This document shows, piece by piece, positions 46,975 through 58,136 of a DNA stretch of 64,000 nt (position 1 is the stretch's first letter; each line of letters starts with the position of its first letter). Source of the stretch: Candidatus Nitrospinota bacterium M3_3B_026 (GTDB taxonomy: Bacteria; Nitrospinota_A; UBA7883; JBPRGF01); the NCBI GenBank assembly GCA_051418015.1, contig JBPRGF010000033.1:160001-224000 (forward strand). Direction: 5' to 3'. The translations under genes were made by a program, and so were the position numbers. Below the pieces are notes generated by a model that did not search any database, had not been told where the DNA came from, and saw only the letters and a list, made by a program, of their open reading frames with translations.

Positions 46975-49275
46975 ATGACCGAGCCCAGACACGACGATGA
47001 CAAGGCTGCTGGAGAGGCCGGAGAGGAGAGCCTCTCGAGGTCGGACATCGAAAAGTTCAAGGAGCTTCTGGACGAAGCGGCCAAGGAGCGCAAAAGCATT
47101 CAGCTTCTCGTCGAGTACCTGTCCAGGAACGAGGAGTCGATCGAGAACAAGGTCTCCCTTTTCAGGAAGATAGAGGACAAGCTCCAGAGCCTGGAGGCCC
47201 TGTCGGCGGATATCGAAAAGAAGCTCAGGGGGTTCGGAACCGTCGAAGAAGAGTTGACCCGGACAGGCTCCCGGATCGACGAGCTGATGGGCGTCCTGGA
47301 CAAAGGCCGGAAGGACATGGAGTCGGTCAATCTCCTCGTGGAGCACATAAACTCCAAGATAAAAAGCCTCTCCCTGCAGCGCGTGGTGGTGGAGCGCGCC
47401 AACGAGGAGGCCGGCAAGCTCAACGTGCTTTTCTGGGACATGGAGTCCAGAGTCAAGAGGCTGCAGGAAGAAAACAGGCTCGTAAAGAAATCCGAAAAGA
47501 ACATCATCCGGCTGGAGAACATGCTGGAGACGATATCCAGCCGGATGGAGAAGGTGGACCAGTTCAGGAGCCTGATGACCGAGGCCGACGAGCGCGTCTC
47601 CCAGATGAAGAGGGTTCTCGGCGACGTGGAGGCGAGGATGGCCTCGCTGGAGTCCCAGCGGCGGACGGTGGAGAACCTGGCCTCCGAGGCCCGGCGCGGC
47701 CGGGAGACAGTGGAGCGGATGCAGGAGTCCATCGAGGACGTGGTCAAGCAGCGCGTCGTCGTGAACGAGATCCAGGGCGAGGTGTCGGACCTGTTGAGCG
47801 GCATGAACGAGCTGCGCGTGGAGACACGGAACGCCCTCTCCAAGAGCGGCCAGGTCAGGAAAGTGGCCGACAGGCTCTCGGAGCTGGATCAGACCGCGGC
47901 GGACGTGGAGACCAGGCTGGCCCGCCTGCGCGAGGAGGGCGCCAGGGCGGAGGAGATAGAACGCAGGATAAGCGATCTCAACGCGTTCCTGGAGGAGAAG
48001 GTGGAGTCGAGGATACAGACCGCCTCCGGACAGCTGAAAGCCGTCCAGATGGCCCAGGAGAGCCTGGAGCGGTTCTATTCCTCGGCCGAGGAGATGGAAA
48101 AGAGGATCCGCGCCTTCCACGAGGACCTGAAGATCGCCGACGAGGTGGAGGCCAGCCTGGGGAGGATACGCGAGGCGGGCGAGGCCGCCTCGGCGAAGAT
48201 GGAGGAGTTGGGCCAGCGCCAGGCCATGGTGGAGCAGGTGGAGAAGAAGATAAACGACATCAACGACATGGTGCTCAACCTCGATGTCAAGATGGAGGCG
48301 CAGCTGGAGCGCCGCGGTCTCGTGGAGAAGCTCGAGAAAAAGCTCGACGGGATAGACTACCTCGTGGAGGACGCCAACCTGAAGATCGGCAAGCTCTCGA
48401 AGAAGATGGAGCTGATGGAGACGCTGGAGAAAAAGATCGAAGGGTTCCAGGGCGTCACGGAGGCCATGGAGGAACGGATACTGGACCTGGCGAAGGAGAA
48501 GGCCGCCCTGGACGCCACCGAGGAGAGGATGAAGGCGATGACCGAAAAGATGGCCGGGATGGAGGAGGATATCACGAGCCGTCTGCGAGACGTGGAGCGG
48601 AGCCACCAGCGGCTGGGGGAGATAAAGGACCTCCAGGGCAAGATGGAAAGCTCCATGGAAGCGATGAGCCAGAGGCTGGAAAAGGCCAGCGAAATCGTGG
48701 AAGCCAGCGAGAAGATGGAGTCGAAGCTCAACGCGATGGCCGCGCGCGCGGAGGACATGGAAAGCAGGATAGAAGGCGTGCGCGAGCAGGACGAGAGGGT
48801 CGTGGAGACGGAGAAGAAGCTCACGCAGCTGCAATCCATGTACGACGCCATTGACGAGCGCATATCGGCCGCCCGCGAGGAGGAGGAGATGATAAGAGCC
48901 TCCGCCGAAGAGGTGGAGGGACTGCGGGGAGCCCTGGAGGACATCCACGCCCAGCGGGAGCTTCTGGAGAAGGAGAAGGAAAGCTTCAAGGGCATCACCG
49001 ACAAGATAATAGACATAAACGAGACCATGGCCGACAAGGAGGCCAAGATCGACAGGCTCACGTCGAAACTGGCCATCGTCTCCAAGGTGGAGCGCAGGCT
49101 GGACGACCTGAACCTGATGGCCGAGGACGTCAAGGCGAAAGTGGCCGCCCTTGTAGAGGAGGAGCGCACGGTGGAGAAGGCCGGCGAGCAGATCGTGGAG
49201 CTGAAATTCCTGCTCGGCGAGATAGAAAAGAAGCTCAACGAGTACTTCAACCTCAAAAGCGGCGAGGGGGCGTAG
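46975..49275 (+). CDS. Long all-coiled-coil protein built from ~31-aa repeats, function unknown
   Basis: 766 aa, E/K/R/L/M-rich, almost no Pro, with no ATPase, signal or TM motif. AGGAGG RBS and TATAAT at 46910. Confidence 0.85.
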   Translation: MTEPRHDDDKAAGEAGEESLSRSDIEKFKELLDEAAKERKSIQLLVEYLSRNEESIENKVSLFRKIEDKLQSLEALSADIEKKLRGFGTVEEELTRTGSRIDELMGVLDKGRKDMESVNLLVEHINSKIKSLSLQRVVVERANEEAGKLNVLFWDMESRVKRLQEENRLVKKSEKNIIRLENMLETISSRMEKVDQFRSLMTEADERVSQMKRVLGDVEARMASLESQRRTVENLASEARRGRETVERMQESIEDVVKQRVVVNEIQGEVSDLLSGMNELRVETRNALSKSGQVRKVADRLSELDQTAADVETRLARLREEGARAEEIERRISDLNAFLEEKVESRIQTASGQLKAVQMAQESLERFYSSAEEMEKRIRAFHEDLKIADEVEASLGRIREAGEAASAKMEELGQRQAMVEQVEKKINDINDMVLNLDVKMEAQLERRGLVEKLEKKLDGIDYLVEDANLKIGKLSKKMELMETLEKKIEGFQGVTEAMEERILDLAKEKAALDATEERMKAMTEKMAGMEEDITSRLRDVERSHQRLGEIKDLQGKMESSMEAMSQRLEKASEIVEASEKMESKLNAMAARAEDMESRIEGVREQDERVVETEKKLTQLQSMYDAIDERISAAREEEEMIRASAEEVEGLRGALEDIHAQRELLEKEKESFKGITDKIIDINETMADKEAKIDRLTSKLAIVSKVERRLDDLNLMAEDVKAKVAALVEEERTVEKAGEQIVELKFLLGEIEKKLNEYFNLKSGEGA

Positions 49276-49340
49276 CGCGGCTTCGCGCGGCCGGTGTCCT
49301 TGCTCCCGGCGAAGTGTTTTGCGTTATCATCACACCGGGC

Positions 49341-49411
49341 TGTCTTTCCGGCCTTCGGGCCGGAATCCCGATCCATGGAAGGCGAGACTCTGAAACGGGC
49401 TCAGCACGACG
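49341..49411 (+). repeat. Degenerate TGTC-tagged palindromic repeat related to family 1
   Basis: TGTCTTTCCGGCC-TTCG-GGCCGGAATCC...CTGAAACGGGCTCAGCACGACG has the same two-hairpin layout and GTC/GAC ends. Confidence 0.5.
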
Positions 49412-49432
49412 CATGTTCGAGAAACTCAAAAA

Positions 49433-49522
49433 ATCTTCCCCATCGAAGGGGGAGGATGCAGGTGGGAATGGCATGATTAATCATGCCCTCTCCCCTTTAT
49501 CCCCTCCCGCCGGGGAAGGGGA
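49433..49522 (+). repeat. C/G-run palindromic repeat, family 2, copy C
   Basis: CTTCCCCATCGAAGGGGGAGGATGCAGGTGGG...CCCTCTCCCCTTTATCCCCTCCCGCCGGGGAAGGGGA, with a central perfect 18-bp palindrome GGCATGATTAATCATGCC. Confidence 0.75.
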
Positions 49523-49573
49523 CATCTTGATGACGCGTTACAACATATCGCTTGAAGGATTCTGACTGTTACC

Positions 49574-51130
49574 ATGATTAAGGCATTCACCGCGGCGCAG
49601 ACCCGCGAAATGGACCGGAAAGCTATCGAGGACCTTAAAATCCCCAGCCTTGTCCTGATGGAAAACGCGGGCCGCGCCGTCGTCCGCGCCATCCGCAAAA
49701 AGATTCCCGGCCTCAAAAAAGTCCGCGTCAACATCTTCGCCGGCAAGGGCAATAACGGCGGCGACGGGTTCGTCGTCGGCCGCCACCTGCTGAACATGGG
49801 GGCCGAGCCGACGGTCTTCCTCGTCGCGGAAAAGCCGGAGATAAAAGGCGACGCGAAGGTGAACATGGATGCCTACGTCAACTCCGGCGGCAGGCTGAAA
49901 GAGTTCACATCCAGAAAACATATCCAGAACTTCAAGCTGAAGTTTTTTCACACCACCGTTGTCGTCGACGCGCTGCTCGGCACCGGCATAAAGTCCGCCC
50001 CCCGCGGCTTCTACAACGAAGCGCTGGACGTCATGAACTCGCAGGGGAGGCTGAAGGTGGCCGTGGACATCCCCTCGGGGCTTTCCGCCGACAGCGGCGT
50101 GATCGCCGGAAACCATTTCAATGCCGACGTCACCGTCACCCTCGGCGCGCCCAAAGTGGGGCTTTTTACCTTCCCGGCCCGGCAGTCCGTGGGGGAGCTG
50201 ATAGTCGCGGACATATCCATACCCAGGGCCGTCATCGATGAAGCGCCCTGCGCTGCCTATGTCCCGGAGCGGGAGGACATCGCCGAGCGTCTGCCTGCAA
50301 GGACCGGCGGCGCCCATAAAGGCTTATTCGGCCACCTCGTCATCGCCTCCGGCTCCGAGGGGATGGGCGGCGCGGTGGCGCTGGCGGGGGAGGGGGCGCT
50401 GCGATCGGGCGCGGGGCTTGTCACGGCCGCAATCCCGGAGGGGATCGCGGCCGGGTTCGAGGTCGGCGTCCGCGAGATGATGACCCTGCCGTTGCCGGGG
50501 ACGCAGGAGGGGACTATCGCGGCGGACGCGGCGGGCGCTTTCCTAAAGTTCGCGAAGGACAAAACCGCCGCGCTGATAGGCCCGGGGCTGCGGACGAACC
50601 CGTCCACGCGCGAATTCGTGAAAAGGGCCGTGGCGGAGCTTTCCATCCCCCTCGTTCTCGACGCCGACGGGCTGAACAACATCGGCGAGGATTTCGAGGT
50701 TATAAAAAACCGCAAGGCGCCCACGATAGTCACGCCGCATCCGGGCGAGATGAGGAGGCTGACGGGGATGAGCGTCGCCGATATACAGGCCGACAGGACC
50801 GGCGCCGCGGCCGAGTACGCCGAGAAGACCGGCGCCGTTGTGGTGTTGAAAGGCGCGGGGACGGTCATAGCTGTCCCTGGAGGCGGCGTTTACATCAACC
50901 CCACCGGCAACACCGGCCTCGCGTCGGGAGGGACGGGCGACGTCCTCTCCGGCGTGATCGGCGGCTTCCTTGCCCAGGGGGCGGCGCCGGAGGACGCAAC
51001 GGTCATGGGCGTCTACATCCACGGCCTGCTGGCCGACGTCTATGCGGAGACGAAAGACCCCGCGGCGCTTATAGCCGGCGACCTGCCGGAGCTTTTGCCG
51101 GTGGTTTTGAAAAAGTTGAGGGGCGTCTGA
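49574..51130 (+). CDS. nnr: Bifunctional NAD(P)H-hydrate epimerase/dehydratase
   Basis: LMENAG, GKGNNGGDG, DALLGTG, DIPSG, HKG, LDADGL, TPHPGEM and GGTGDVLSG. Confidence 0.93.
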   Translation: MIKAFTAAQTREMDRKAIEDLKIPSLVLMENAGRAVVRAIRKKIPGLKKVRVNIFAGKGNNGGDGFVVGRHLLNMGAEPTVFLVAEKPEIKGDAKVNMDAYVNSGGRLKEFTSRKHIQNFKLKFFHTTVVVDALLGTGIKSAPRGFYNEALDVMNSQGRLKVAVDIPSGLSADSGVIAGNHFNADVTVTLGAPKVGLFTFPARQSVGELIVADISIPRAVIDEAPCAAYVPEREDIAERLPARTGGAHKGLFGHLVIASGSEGMGGAVALAGEGALRSGAGLVTAAIPEGIAAGFEVGVREMMTLPLPGTQEGTIAADAAGAFLKFAKDKTAALIGPGLRTNPSTREFVKRAVAELSIPLVLDADGLNNIGEDFEVIKNRKAPTIVTPHPGEMRRLTGMSVADIQADRTGAAAEYAEKTGAVVVLKGAGTVIAVPGGGVYINPTGNTGLASGGTGDVLSGVIGGFLAQGAAPEDATVMGVYIHGLLADVYAETKDPAALIAGDLPELLPVVLKKLRGV

Positions 51131-51139
51131 TCCTCGCGG

Positions 51140-51637
51140 CTACTTTCCCGCCAGCTGCCTGGCTGTGTATTCCATCAGCCCGCCCGCGTCGATAAGCTCG
51201 CGCATGAAGGGGGGGATAGGCACGGCCTTGTAGGTTTTTCCTTTCGTCTTGTTGACGATTTCGCCGGTGGCGATGTCCACCTCCAGCTCGTCGCCGGTCT
51301 CGATGTCCTCCGCCGCCTCGGCGCTCTCTAAAATCGGCAGCCCCATGTTGAAGGCGTTGCGGTAGAAAATGCGGGCGAAAAACTTCGCGATGACAAGCGA
51401 CACTCCGGCGCCCTTGATCGCGATAGGCGCGTGTTCGCGCGATGAGCCGCACCCGAAATTGTCCCCCGCGACGATGATATCGCCCTCGCCGACTTTTTTC
51501 GGAAACTCGGGGTCGGCGTCCTCCATCACGTGTTTGGCCAGCTCCTCGGGGTCTATGGTGTTCAGGTATCGCGCCGGTATGATCGCGTCGGTGTCTATGT
51601 TGTCGCCGAACTTCCAGCTCTTTCCGGTTATCTTCAT
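51140..51637 (-). CDS. leuD: 3-isopropylmalate dehydratase small subunit
   Basis: [29 protein letters not shown] and [15 protein letters not shown]. Confidence 0.92.
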   Translation of the reverse strand: MKITGKSWKFGDNIDTDAIIPARYLNTIDPEELAKHVMEDADPEFPKKVGEGDIIVAGDNFGCGSSREHAPIAIKGAGVSLVIAKFFARIFYRNAFNMGLPILESAEAAEDIETGDELEVDIATGEIVNKTKGKTYKAVPIPPFMRELIDAGGLMEYTARQLAGK

Positions 51638-51648
51638 CGTCCTCTCCT

Positions 51649-52920
51649 TCAGGCCCCCGCCACCTCGGCCGGGTCGGTGATCGTCCCCGTCACCGCCGTC
51701 GCCGCCGCCACGGCGGGAGACGCCAGAAAAACCTCCGATTTCGGATGCCCCATCCTGCCGACGAAGTTGCGGTTCGTCGTGGCCAGGCATTTTTCACCCT
51801 CGGCCAGTATCCCCATGTGCCCGCCCAGGCAGGGCCCGCAGGTCGGCGTGGAGACGACGGCCCCGGCGTCTATGAAGATGTCGAAGTAGCCCGCGTCCAT
51901 CGCCTGTTTATAGATCCTCTGCGTGGCGGGGATGATTATCATTCGAACACCCCTGGTCACCTTTTGCCCTTTCATTATCTCCGCGGCGATCTTCAGGTCG
52001 GCCAATCGGCCGTTGGTGCAGGAGCCGATCACCACCTGGTCCACCTTTATCCCGTTCGCCTCGTCTATGGGCCTTGCGTTCTCCGGCAGGTGGGGGAAGG
52101 CGACCTGGATGTCGATGTCGGCCCCGTCGAACTCGTGGACGCTGTGGTAGACCGCGTCCGGGTCGGACTCGTAAACCTTCCATTCGCGCCGCGCCTGTTT
52201 CTTTATGAAGTCTATGGTCGTCTCGTCGGCCTTCATGATCCCGTTCTTCGCGCCCGCCTCAACGGCCATGTTGGCGATCGAGAAACGGTCGTCCATGCTC
52301 GCCTGCTCGATCATCGGGCCGGAGAACTCCATCGCCCGGTACAGCGCGCCGGAGACGCCTATCTTGCCGATGGTGTAGAGGATCAGGTCCTTGCCGGATA
52401 TCCAGCGGTTCTTCTTTTTGCCTTTGAAGACGAACTTCATAGTCTCCGGGACACGGAACCATGTCTTGCCCGTTATCATCGTCGCGGCAAGGTCCGTCGA
52501 GCCTATCCCGGTGGAGAAGGCGCCCAGCGCGCCGTAAGTGCAGGTGTGGCTGTCGGCGCCGATTATCACGTCACCGGGGACGACTATGCCCTCCTCCGGC
52601 AGCAGGGCGTGCTCGATGCCCATCCGCCCGACCTCGAAGTAATTCTCTATGTTCTGCTCCGTGGCGAACTCGCGCATCAGCTTGGCCTGCTGGGCCGAGG
52701 CGATGTCCTTGTTCGGCGCGAAATGGTCCGGCACGAGCACGACTTTACCCTTGTCGTAGACCGCCTTCGCCCCCGCCTTTTTGAAGGCGCTGATGGCGAT
52801 CGGCGCTGTGATGTCGTTGCCCAGGGCGATGTCGACGCTGCAGGTGACAAGCTCCCCCGGTTTCACGGACTCCGCCCCCGCGTGGGCGGCGAGTATCTTC
52901 TCGGTTATCGTCATTCCCAT
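51649..52920 (-). CDS. leuC: 3-isopropylmalate dehydratase large subunit
   Basis: [23 protein letters not shown] and NRNFVGRMG. Confidence 0.92.
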   Translation of the reverse strand: MGMTITEKILAAHAGAESVKPGELVTCSVDIALGNDITAPIAISAFKKAGAKAVYDKGKVVLVPDHFAPNKDIASAQQAKLMREFATEQNIENYFEVGRMGIEHALLPEEGIVVPGDVIIGADSHTCTYGALGAFSTGIGSTDLAATMITGKTWFRVPETMKFVFKGKKKNRWISGKDLILYTIGKIGVSGALYRAMEFSGPMIEQASMDDRFSIANMAVEAGAKNGIMKADETTIDFIKKQARREWKVYESDPDAVYHSVHEFDGADIDIQVAFPHLPENARPIDEANGIKVDQVVIGSCTNGRLADLKIAAEIMKGQKVTRGVRMIIIPATQRIYKQAMDAGYFDIFIDAGAVVSTPTCGPCLGGHMGILAEGEKCLATTNRNFVGRMGHPKSEVFLASPAVAAATAVTGTITDPAEVAGA

Positions 52921-53194
52921 GGCGAAGAGCCTCTATAGCAAACAGAAATGAAAACCTAAATGATGACCGAAGGCGACGGTGAAATCAACGGTATTTTTGG
53001 ATTTTTTGGGTACATGCGGGGGAGGGGAGAGACCGCAGGCCTGGGACTGGAGACTGGAGACTGGAGGGAGGAGTTGGAGACATCCTCCTCCAGCCTGAGG
53101 CCTGAAGTTCCAGGCTTTTTTCTACTCTCGAAGGTGTTATTCACCGTGTCCAAAGGGGGACGCCGGTGTGAAGAACACCTTGGCCATCAAAAGT

Positions 53195-53312
53195 TTCCCC
53201 TCCTTTATAAGGAGGGGTGGCGGCGAAAGCCGCCGGGGTGGTAATCCTTTTTCTTTCGGTTTACCCCCCTCGGCTCCATTGGAGCCGCTCCCCCTTATAA
53301 AAGGGGGAGAAA
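53195..53312. repeat. Paired palindromic REP-like unit (C/G-run type)
   Basis: TCCCCTCCTTT-A-TAAGGAGGGGTGGCGGC-GAAA-GCCGCCGGGGTGGTAA, followed by an inverted related half ending CTCCCCCTTATAAAAGGGGGAG. Confidence 0.65.
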
Positions 53313-53347
53313 AGGATTAAACATCCACCAGTCTCCAGCCTCCGCCT

Positions 53348-53932
53348 TTACCCTCCGAGGTTTTTCGCCACGAAGTCCCAGTTGGCGAGATTCCAGAACG
53401 CCTCCACGTATTTCGGCCGCGCGTTGCGGTAGTCGATATAATAGGCGTGCTCCCACACGTCGCAGGTTAAAAGGGGTGTCTTGCCATCGGTCATGGGGTT
53501 GCCCGCGTTGCCGGTCTGCTCTATGGAAAGCGAGCCGTCGGCGTTTTTCACAAGCCACGTCCAGCCGGAGCCGAACAGGGTGGCCGCCTTGTTCGAAAAC
53601 TCCTCTTTGAACTTGTCGAATGATCCGAAGTCCTTCGAGATCGCCTCCGCCAGCGCGCCCGAGGGCTCTCCGCCGCCCGAGGGCGAGAGGCTGTTCCAGT
53701 AGAAAGTGTGGTTCCAGACCTGCGCGGCGTTGTTGAAAAGACCCCCGGCCGGCGCCTTTTTGATTATCTCCTCCAGCGGGGCGTCCTCGTGCTCCGTCCC
53801 CTTGATGAGCCCGTTCAGGTTGTTGACATAGGCGTTGTGATGCTTGCCGTAGTGATACTCGATCGTCTCCGCCGATACGTGAGGCTCCAGGGCGTTTTTC
53901 TCGTATGGCAGGTCGGGGAGTTTGTGTTCCAT
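53348..53932 (-). CDS. sodB: Fe superoxide dismutase
   Basis: [23 protein letters not shown] and [13 protein letters not shown]. The AAQ motif indicates the Fe type. Confidence 0.93.
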   Translation of the reverse strand: MEHKLPDLPYEKNALEPHVSAETIEYHYGKHHNAYVNNLNGLIKGTEHEDAPLEEIIKKAPAGGLFNNAAQVWNHTFYWNSLSPSGGGEPSGALAEAISKDFGSFDKFKEEFSNKAATLFGSGWTWLVKNADGSLSIEQTGNAGNPMTDGKTPLLTCDVWEHAYYIDYRNARPKYVEAFWNLANWDFVAKNLGG

Positions 53933-53967
53933 TTTTCTTTCTCCTCTACGTGGTTTGGCCGGGAAGC

Positions 53968-56900
53968 TCAGTTTAGCCTGAGGTTCCTGGCGGACTTGTC
54001 CATCTCCTCCTCGAAGCGTTGGCGGGAAAGGCCGATGTCCCTTAAAACCTCCTCGCGCAGCCTGTCGAGCAGGGAGCGCTTCTCCTTGTCGAAGGATGTG
54101 TCCAGGTCGGCCTTCTTTTTCATTATGTCGGCGATAAGCTCCTGCCGGCGTTTGTACTCTTCGGTTTTAAGCTCCATGTCAAGCATTTCCAGCTTTTTGC
54201 TCTTTTCCAGGGCGAGTTCCCTTTCGAGGCGCTCGATCCTCGCCTCCTTCTCCTTCTCGATCTCCCTGTCCGCCTTCGCCAGAAGCTCGGCGCGTTCCTT
54301 CTCCAGGCCGGAGAATATCTCCTCGCGCATTCGCGCCGCCTCGGAGTCCAGGCCGGATTTTATCCGTTCCAGCGTCTCGGCCCTTCTGGCCTCCTCCTCG
54401 GCGCGCAGGCTCCGTTCCATCCTGCCTCTTTCCAGCGCGGCCTCCTTCTCCAGCCGCTCCCGCTCCCTTTGCGCGTGTTTGGAGAGGCTCTGCTCGTAGC
54501 GCCTTCTCCTGCTCTCCCGTTCCGCCTCGAGCTCCTCGGCCATCTTCTCCTTCAGCTCAAGCCGCAGCCTGTCCGCCTCGTACCGGATCCATTCCTCCTG
54601 GCCGCGCCACAGCCTGTGGCGGCGCTCCATGAGGGCCTCCTCCATCCCCCGCTCGGCCAGCTTTTTCTCCCTTTCGAGGGCGGCGAAGATCCTGGACCTC
54701 TCCCCGGCCAGATCCACGCTCATCTCCCTGCGCAGCTCGATCCGCTCCGCCTCAAGCTCCCGCTCGGCGGCCTTGAGCCTCCTGGCCTTCTCCTGCGCGA
54801 CGTCCTCCAAAAGCTCGCGCAGCCTCGTCTCGCGCTCGGCGATGATCTCTTCGCGGAGGGTGGCCTCGGCGGCCTTGCGCTCCGCCCTGATCTTCTCCCT
54901 CGTCTCGTTGAGAAGCTCCGCCTTTTTCTTCACAAGCTCATCCCTGGCCGTGGTGATGACGGATCGCTTGTGGTCTTCCACCGCCTCGCGGATACGCGCC
55001 GTCATGAATTTTTCCCGGGAGCGCAGTCTTCCCTCCATGAGGGAGACCCTCGCGGCATACTCCTCCTCCAGCCCGGCCTCGATAACCGCGGCGCGGCGTT
55101 TCTTTTCCTCCCGCTCCCACTGGGCGAGCCTTTCGGTATGCCGGCGGCGAAGTTGGTCCACCTCTCTTTTCAGCTTTTCGATCTGAACCGTCCTGCGCTC
55201 GTCCAGCTCGTTTTTCAGCTCCATCTCCATCCGGACGGCGCGGGGGCGGGCCTGGGCCTCGAAGTCGGCCATTATCTCCCTGCGTTCGGCTTCCAGCCGC
55301 GCGGTCATGCGCTCCCGGGCGGCCTCCTCCTCCCTGGCGATCGTTTCCGCCAGCCTGTCATGTCTTTCGATCTCTTTGTCCTTCAGGCTTTTCTCGAGAT
55401 CCTTAAGCCTTCTTTCCCTTTCTTTCTCCACCTCCCTTCCCATGGCGTCCATGGCGGCGATTCTGCGTTTGGCGAGTTCGTCCTCGATGGCCCGCGCCTG
55501 GCCTCCCATGATATCGGCCATCTCCTGGGAAAGCCCCTCCATCAGCTTCTGACGCCTGTCGTCTATCTGTTTTTCAAGCTCATTCATGCGCCGTTCGCGC
55601 TCGGCCGCAAGGGCCTCCTCCAGGGCGCGTTCCTTCCCGGCCTTCAGGGAGGCGAGAAGGCTCTCAAGCTCCTCGCGCCGCTCGCGCCCGGCCGTCTTCA
55701 GCCGCTCGTTCATCTCCGCGTGGAGCCGGGCGGAGAGCTTTTCGGCGTCTTTCTTCACGGCGTTCAGGCTGGATGTCTTGAAGTCGAGCATTTCCTTTTC
55801 AAGCTCGAACAGCCGCGCCTCGCGCTCTATCTCCACCCGCTCGTTCGTCTCTCGCTCGAGTTTTTCCAGAGTTTCCTCGATCCTTTCGCGCTTTCGTTCC
55901 GTCTCCTTTCTCAGGGCGCGGGTAAGCTCTTCCTTTCTTTCCTTTGCCAGGGAGGCGATATCCCGCTCCAGGGTCCTGAGCCTCTCCGCGCGTTCGGCGG
56001 CGATGTCCCCGGCGATCTTTTCCGTCTCTCTCTGGCGGAAGGAGGCCAGGTCGTTGTTGAGCTTGTTGAGCAGCCGCTCCCGCTCCACCTCGCTCTTGCG
56101 GCGCAGAAGCTCGATGGTCTCCTGCTCGCGGCGGGCGCTCTCCTCGTCGAAGAACGAGGAGAGGCGCATGACCTCCCGGTAGGCGTCCTCCAGCAGGTTT
56201 TTCCTGATCTGGCCCGCTTCGTTTTCCGCCTCCTCTCGCAGGGTCGTCTTGAAGTTTTCTATGTCGCTTAAGGCTATGTCCCGCTCGTTCTCGCGCAGCC
56301 TTTCGGTCTCCTCCCTGATGGAGGCGATCTTCTTGTCCCTGCTCTCCTCCAGCTCCCGCCACACCATCTCGCGGACGCTCTCCACCTCCTTGCGCACCTT
56401 GGCGTGGACCTCCTTGCGGAGGCGCTCCTCCGTGTCGGCGATCTGTTTTTCCAGCCGCTCCTTTTTCTCGGCCTCCAGCTGGACGATTTTCTCCAGGCTC
56501 TCACGGCGCAGCCTGGACATCTCCTCCTCGAGGTCCGCGAGGGCGTCCGCCTTCGCTTTTTCCATCTGCCCGGCCAGGTCGGCGAGCCTCGCCTCGCGGA
56601 GGGCCGTGATGTCCTCCTCGATCTTTTCCTCGCGCCGTTTCTCCGCCTCCCGGGCGGACTCCTCCACGCTCTCCAGGCGCTGGTCGTATAGCTCGGAAAT
56701 CTCCTTTTCCATGTGTTCGACGGCGGCGCTCCTGCGCGCGTCGAGCTCCCCGGCCAGCTCGGCGCTTTTCATGTCGAACTCTCTTTTGACGGCCTCTTCC
56801 ATCGAGGCCATCCTTTCCCCCAGGCTCTTTTCCATCTCCTCGTCGACGGCCCTCCTGCCCCTTTCCAGGTGTTCGGCCAACTCCCGCTCCATGGCGGCCA

Positions 56901-57993
56901 TCCTCGCCTCGCGCTCATTTTCGACGTATGCCTCCACGCGGTTGAGTTGGCGGCTCTTTTCGTCCTCCAGCCTTTTCCGCGCGTCCAGGAGAGCCTGCTC
57001 GTCGAGTTCGATATCCAAGCCGGGCGCGACGCTCCTCGCCAGCGCCTTGAACGCCTCCGTGACGGGGAACCCCGGCTCCAGGTACGGCGCCGGTTCGCGT
57101 TCGAGCCAGGCGTTTTTCAACACGGGGTCCCGCGGGATGATCCCCGCGCAGTTCATCTCTATCCCCACGCGCTGACGGACGCGCTCCGGCAGGTCGTGGC
57201 CGAACCCCAGGCTGGCGCTGTCCTTCGCCCTGTTGACGGCGAAAAGGAAGACGGCCTCGTTCCTTATTTTCCGTATCTTCCTTCTGCGCCGCCGGTCCCC
57301 GTCCAGCGACTCCTCGATCTCCTCGGCGAGCGGTTTTTCGCCGCCGGCCATGGGCAGGGCTTTCCTGATGGCGGGAGGGGGCTTTTTGAACGCAAGCTCC
57401 ACGGAACGGGCCAGGGCTTTCTCCATCAGCGCCTCCGCCATCTCCGCGGAGCCGCTTGCAGCCTCGAGCACGAGCAGCGGCGCGTCCGCCGACAGCAGAA
57501 GGTCGAGCCTTGCGTTGTCCGTGATGAGCCCCAGGTCGGCCACCACGAAGTCGACGTCCAGGGCGGCCAGCTTTTTGAGAAGGCTCTTTTTGGGCCTTGC
57601 CGTCTTTTCCGGCAGCAGGGGGTGGTCCTCGCCGCCGTCGATCATGAACAGGTTCTTGTACCGCGTCGGCGCGACGGCCTCCTGTATGCGTCGCGCCCGC
57701 CCGGACAGAAAGTCCTGCATCGTGACGGCGGGCTTTTCCATGCCCATCAGGTAACGCATGGGCCGCGAGCCGAAGGAAAGATCGGCCACGACAACCCTTT
57801 TTCCAGAAAGCGCGAGCGTGGCCGCGAGGCCGAGGGCCGTAACGGACTTGCCGGAGCCGCCGGCCACTCCCGTGACGCCCACGGTGACGGCTTTTTTCCG
57901 TGTCTTCTGGAAGGGGGGGTGTGACAAGCGGTTGTCGGCGTTTGAATCTTTTTTCAGCGGATCGGACGGGGAGCCGGACGGGCCTTGAGCCAT
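53968..57993 (-). CDS. MinD/FlhG-like P-loop domain fused to a ~1000-aa coiled coil
   Basis: [21 protein letters not shown] and GIIPRDP in the N-terminal ~330 aa, then E/R/K/L/A-rich repeats. Start placed at ATG 57993; the ORF is open to 58170. Confidence 0.8.
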   Translation of the reverse strand: MAQGPSGSPSDPLKKDSNADNRLSHPPFQKTRKKAVTVGVTGVAGGSGKSVTALGLAATLALSGKRVVVADLSFGSRPMRYLMGMEKPAVTMQDFLSGRARRIQEAVAPTRYKNLFMIDGGEDHPLLPEKTARPKKSLLKKLAALDVDFVVADLGLITDNARLDLLLSADAPLLVLEAASGSAEMAEALMEKALARSVELAFKKPPPAIRKALPMAGGEKPLAEEIEESLDGDRRRRRKIRKIRNEAVFLFAVNRAKDSASLGFGHDLPERVRQRVGIEMNCAGIIPRDPVLKNAWLEREPAPYLEPGFPVTEAFKALARSVAPGLDIELDEQALLDARKRLEDEKSRQLNRVEAYVENEREARMAAMERELAEHLERGRRAVDEEMEKSLGERMASMEEAVKREFDMKSAELAGELDARRSAAVEHMEKEISELYDQRLESVEESAREAEKRREEKIEEDITALREARLADLAGQMEKAKADALADLEEEMSRLRRESLEKIVQLEAEKKERLEKQIADTEERLRKEVHAKVRKEVESVREMVWRELEESRDKKIASIREETERLRENERDIALSDIENFKTTLREEAENEAGQIRKNLLEDAYREVMRLSSFFDEESARREQETIELLRRKSEVERERLLNKLNNDLASFRQRETEKIAGDIAAERAERLRTLERDIASLAKERKEELTRALRKETERKRERIEETLEKLERETNERVEIEREARLFELEKEMLDFKTSSLNAVKKDAEKLSARLHAEMNERLKTAGRERREELESLLASLKAGKERALEEALAAERERRMNELEKQIDDRRQKLMEGLSQEMADIMGGQARAIEDELAKRRIAAMDAMGREVEKERERRLKDLEKSLKDKEIERHDRLAETIAREEEAARERMTARLEAERREIMADFEAQARPRAVRMEMELKNELDERRTVQIEKLKREVDQLRRRHTERLAQWEREEKKRRAAVIEAGLEEEYAARVSLMEGRLRSREKFMTARIREAVEDHKRSVITTARDELVKKKAELLNETREKIRAERKAAEATLREEIIAERETRLRELLEDVAQEKARRLKAAERELEAERIELRREMSVDLAGERSRIFAALEREKKLAERGMEEALMERRHRLWRGQEEWIRYEADRLRLELKEKMAEELEAERESRRRRYEQSLSKHAQRERERLEKEAALERGRMERSLRAEEEARRAETLERIKSGLDSEAARMREEIFSGLEKERAELLAKADREIEKEKEARIERLERELALEKSKKLEMLDMELKTEEYKRRQELIADIMKKKADLDTSFDKEKRSLLDRLREEVLRDIGLSRQRFEEEMDKSARNLRLN

Positions 57994-58136
57994 TTTGAGG
58001 ACCACCTTCTGAAAAATCCCACCAGTAAGAAGAAATTCTAATCGGCTTCGGGCCGCGCTGTCAATGATTTCAAGGCCGTTCAGAGGCGCTTGCCATGGTA
58101 GAATTATATAAAAAAGATTTTGGGCGTCGTTCGCGC

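Noticed and set aside
46975..49275. SMC/SbcC or chemoreceptor annotation
   Set aside because: It has no Walker motifs, hinge or MCP hairpin signature. Any such hit would reflect generic coiled-coil composition.
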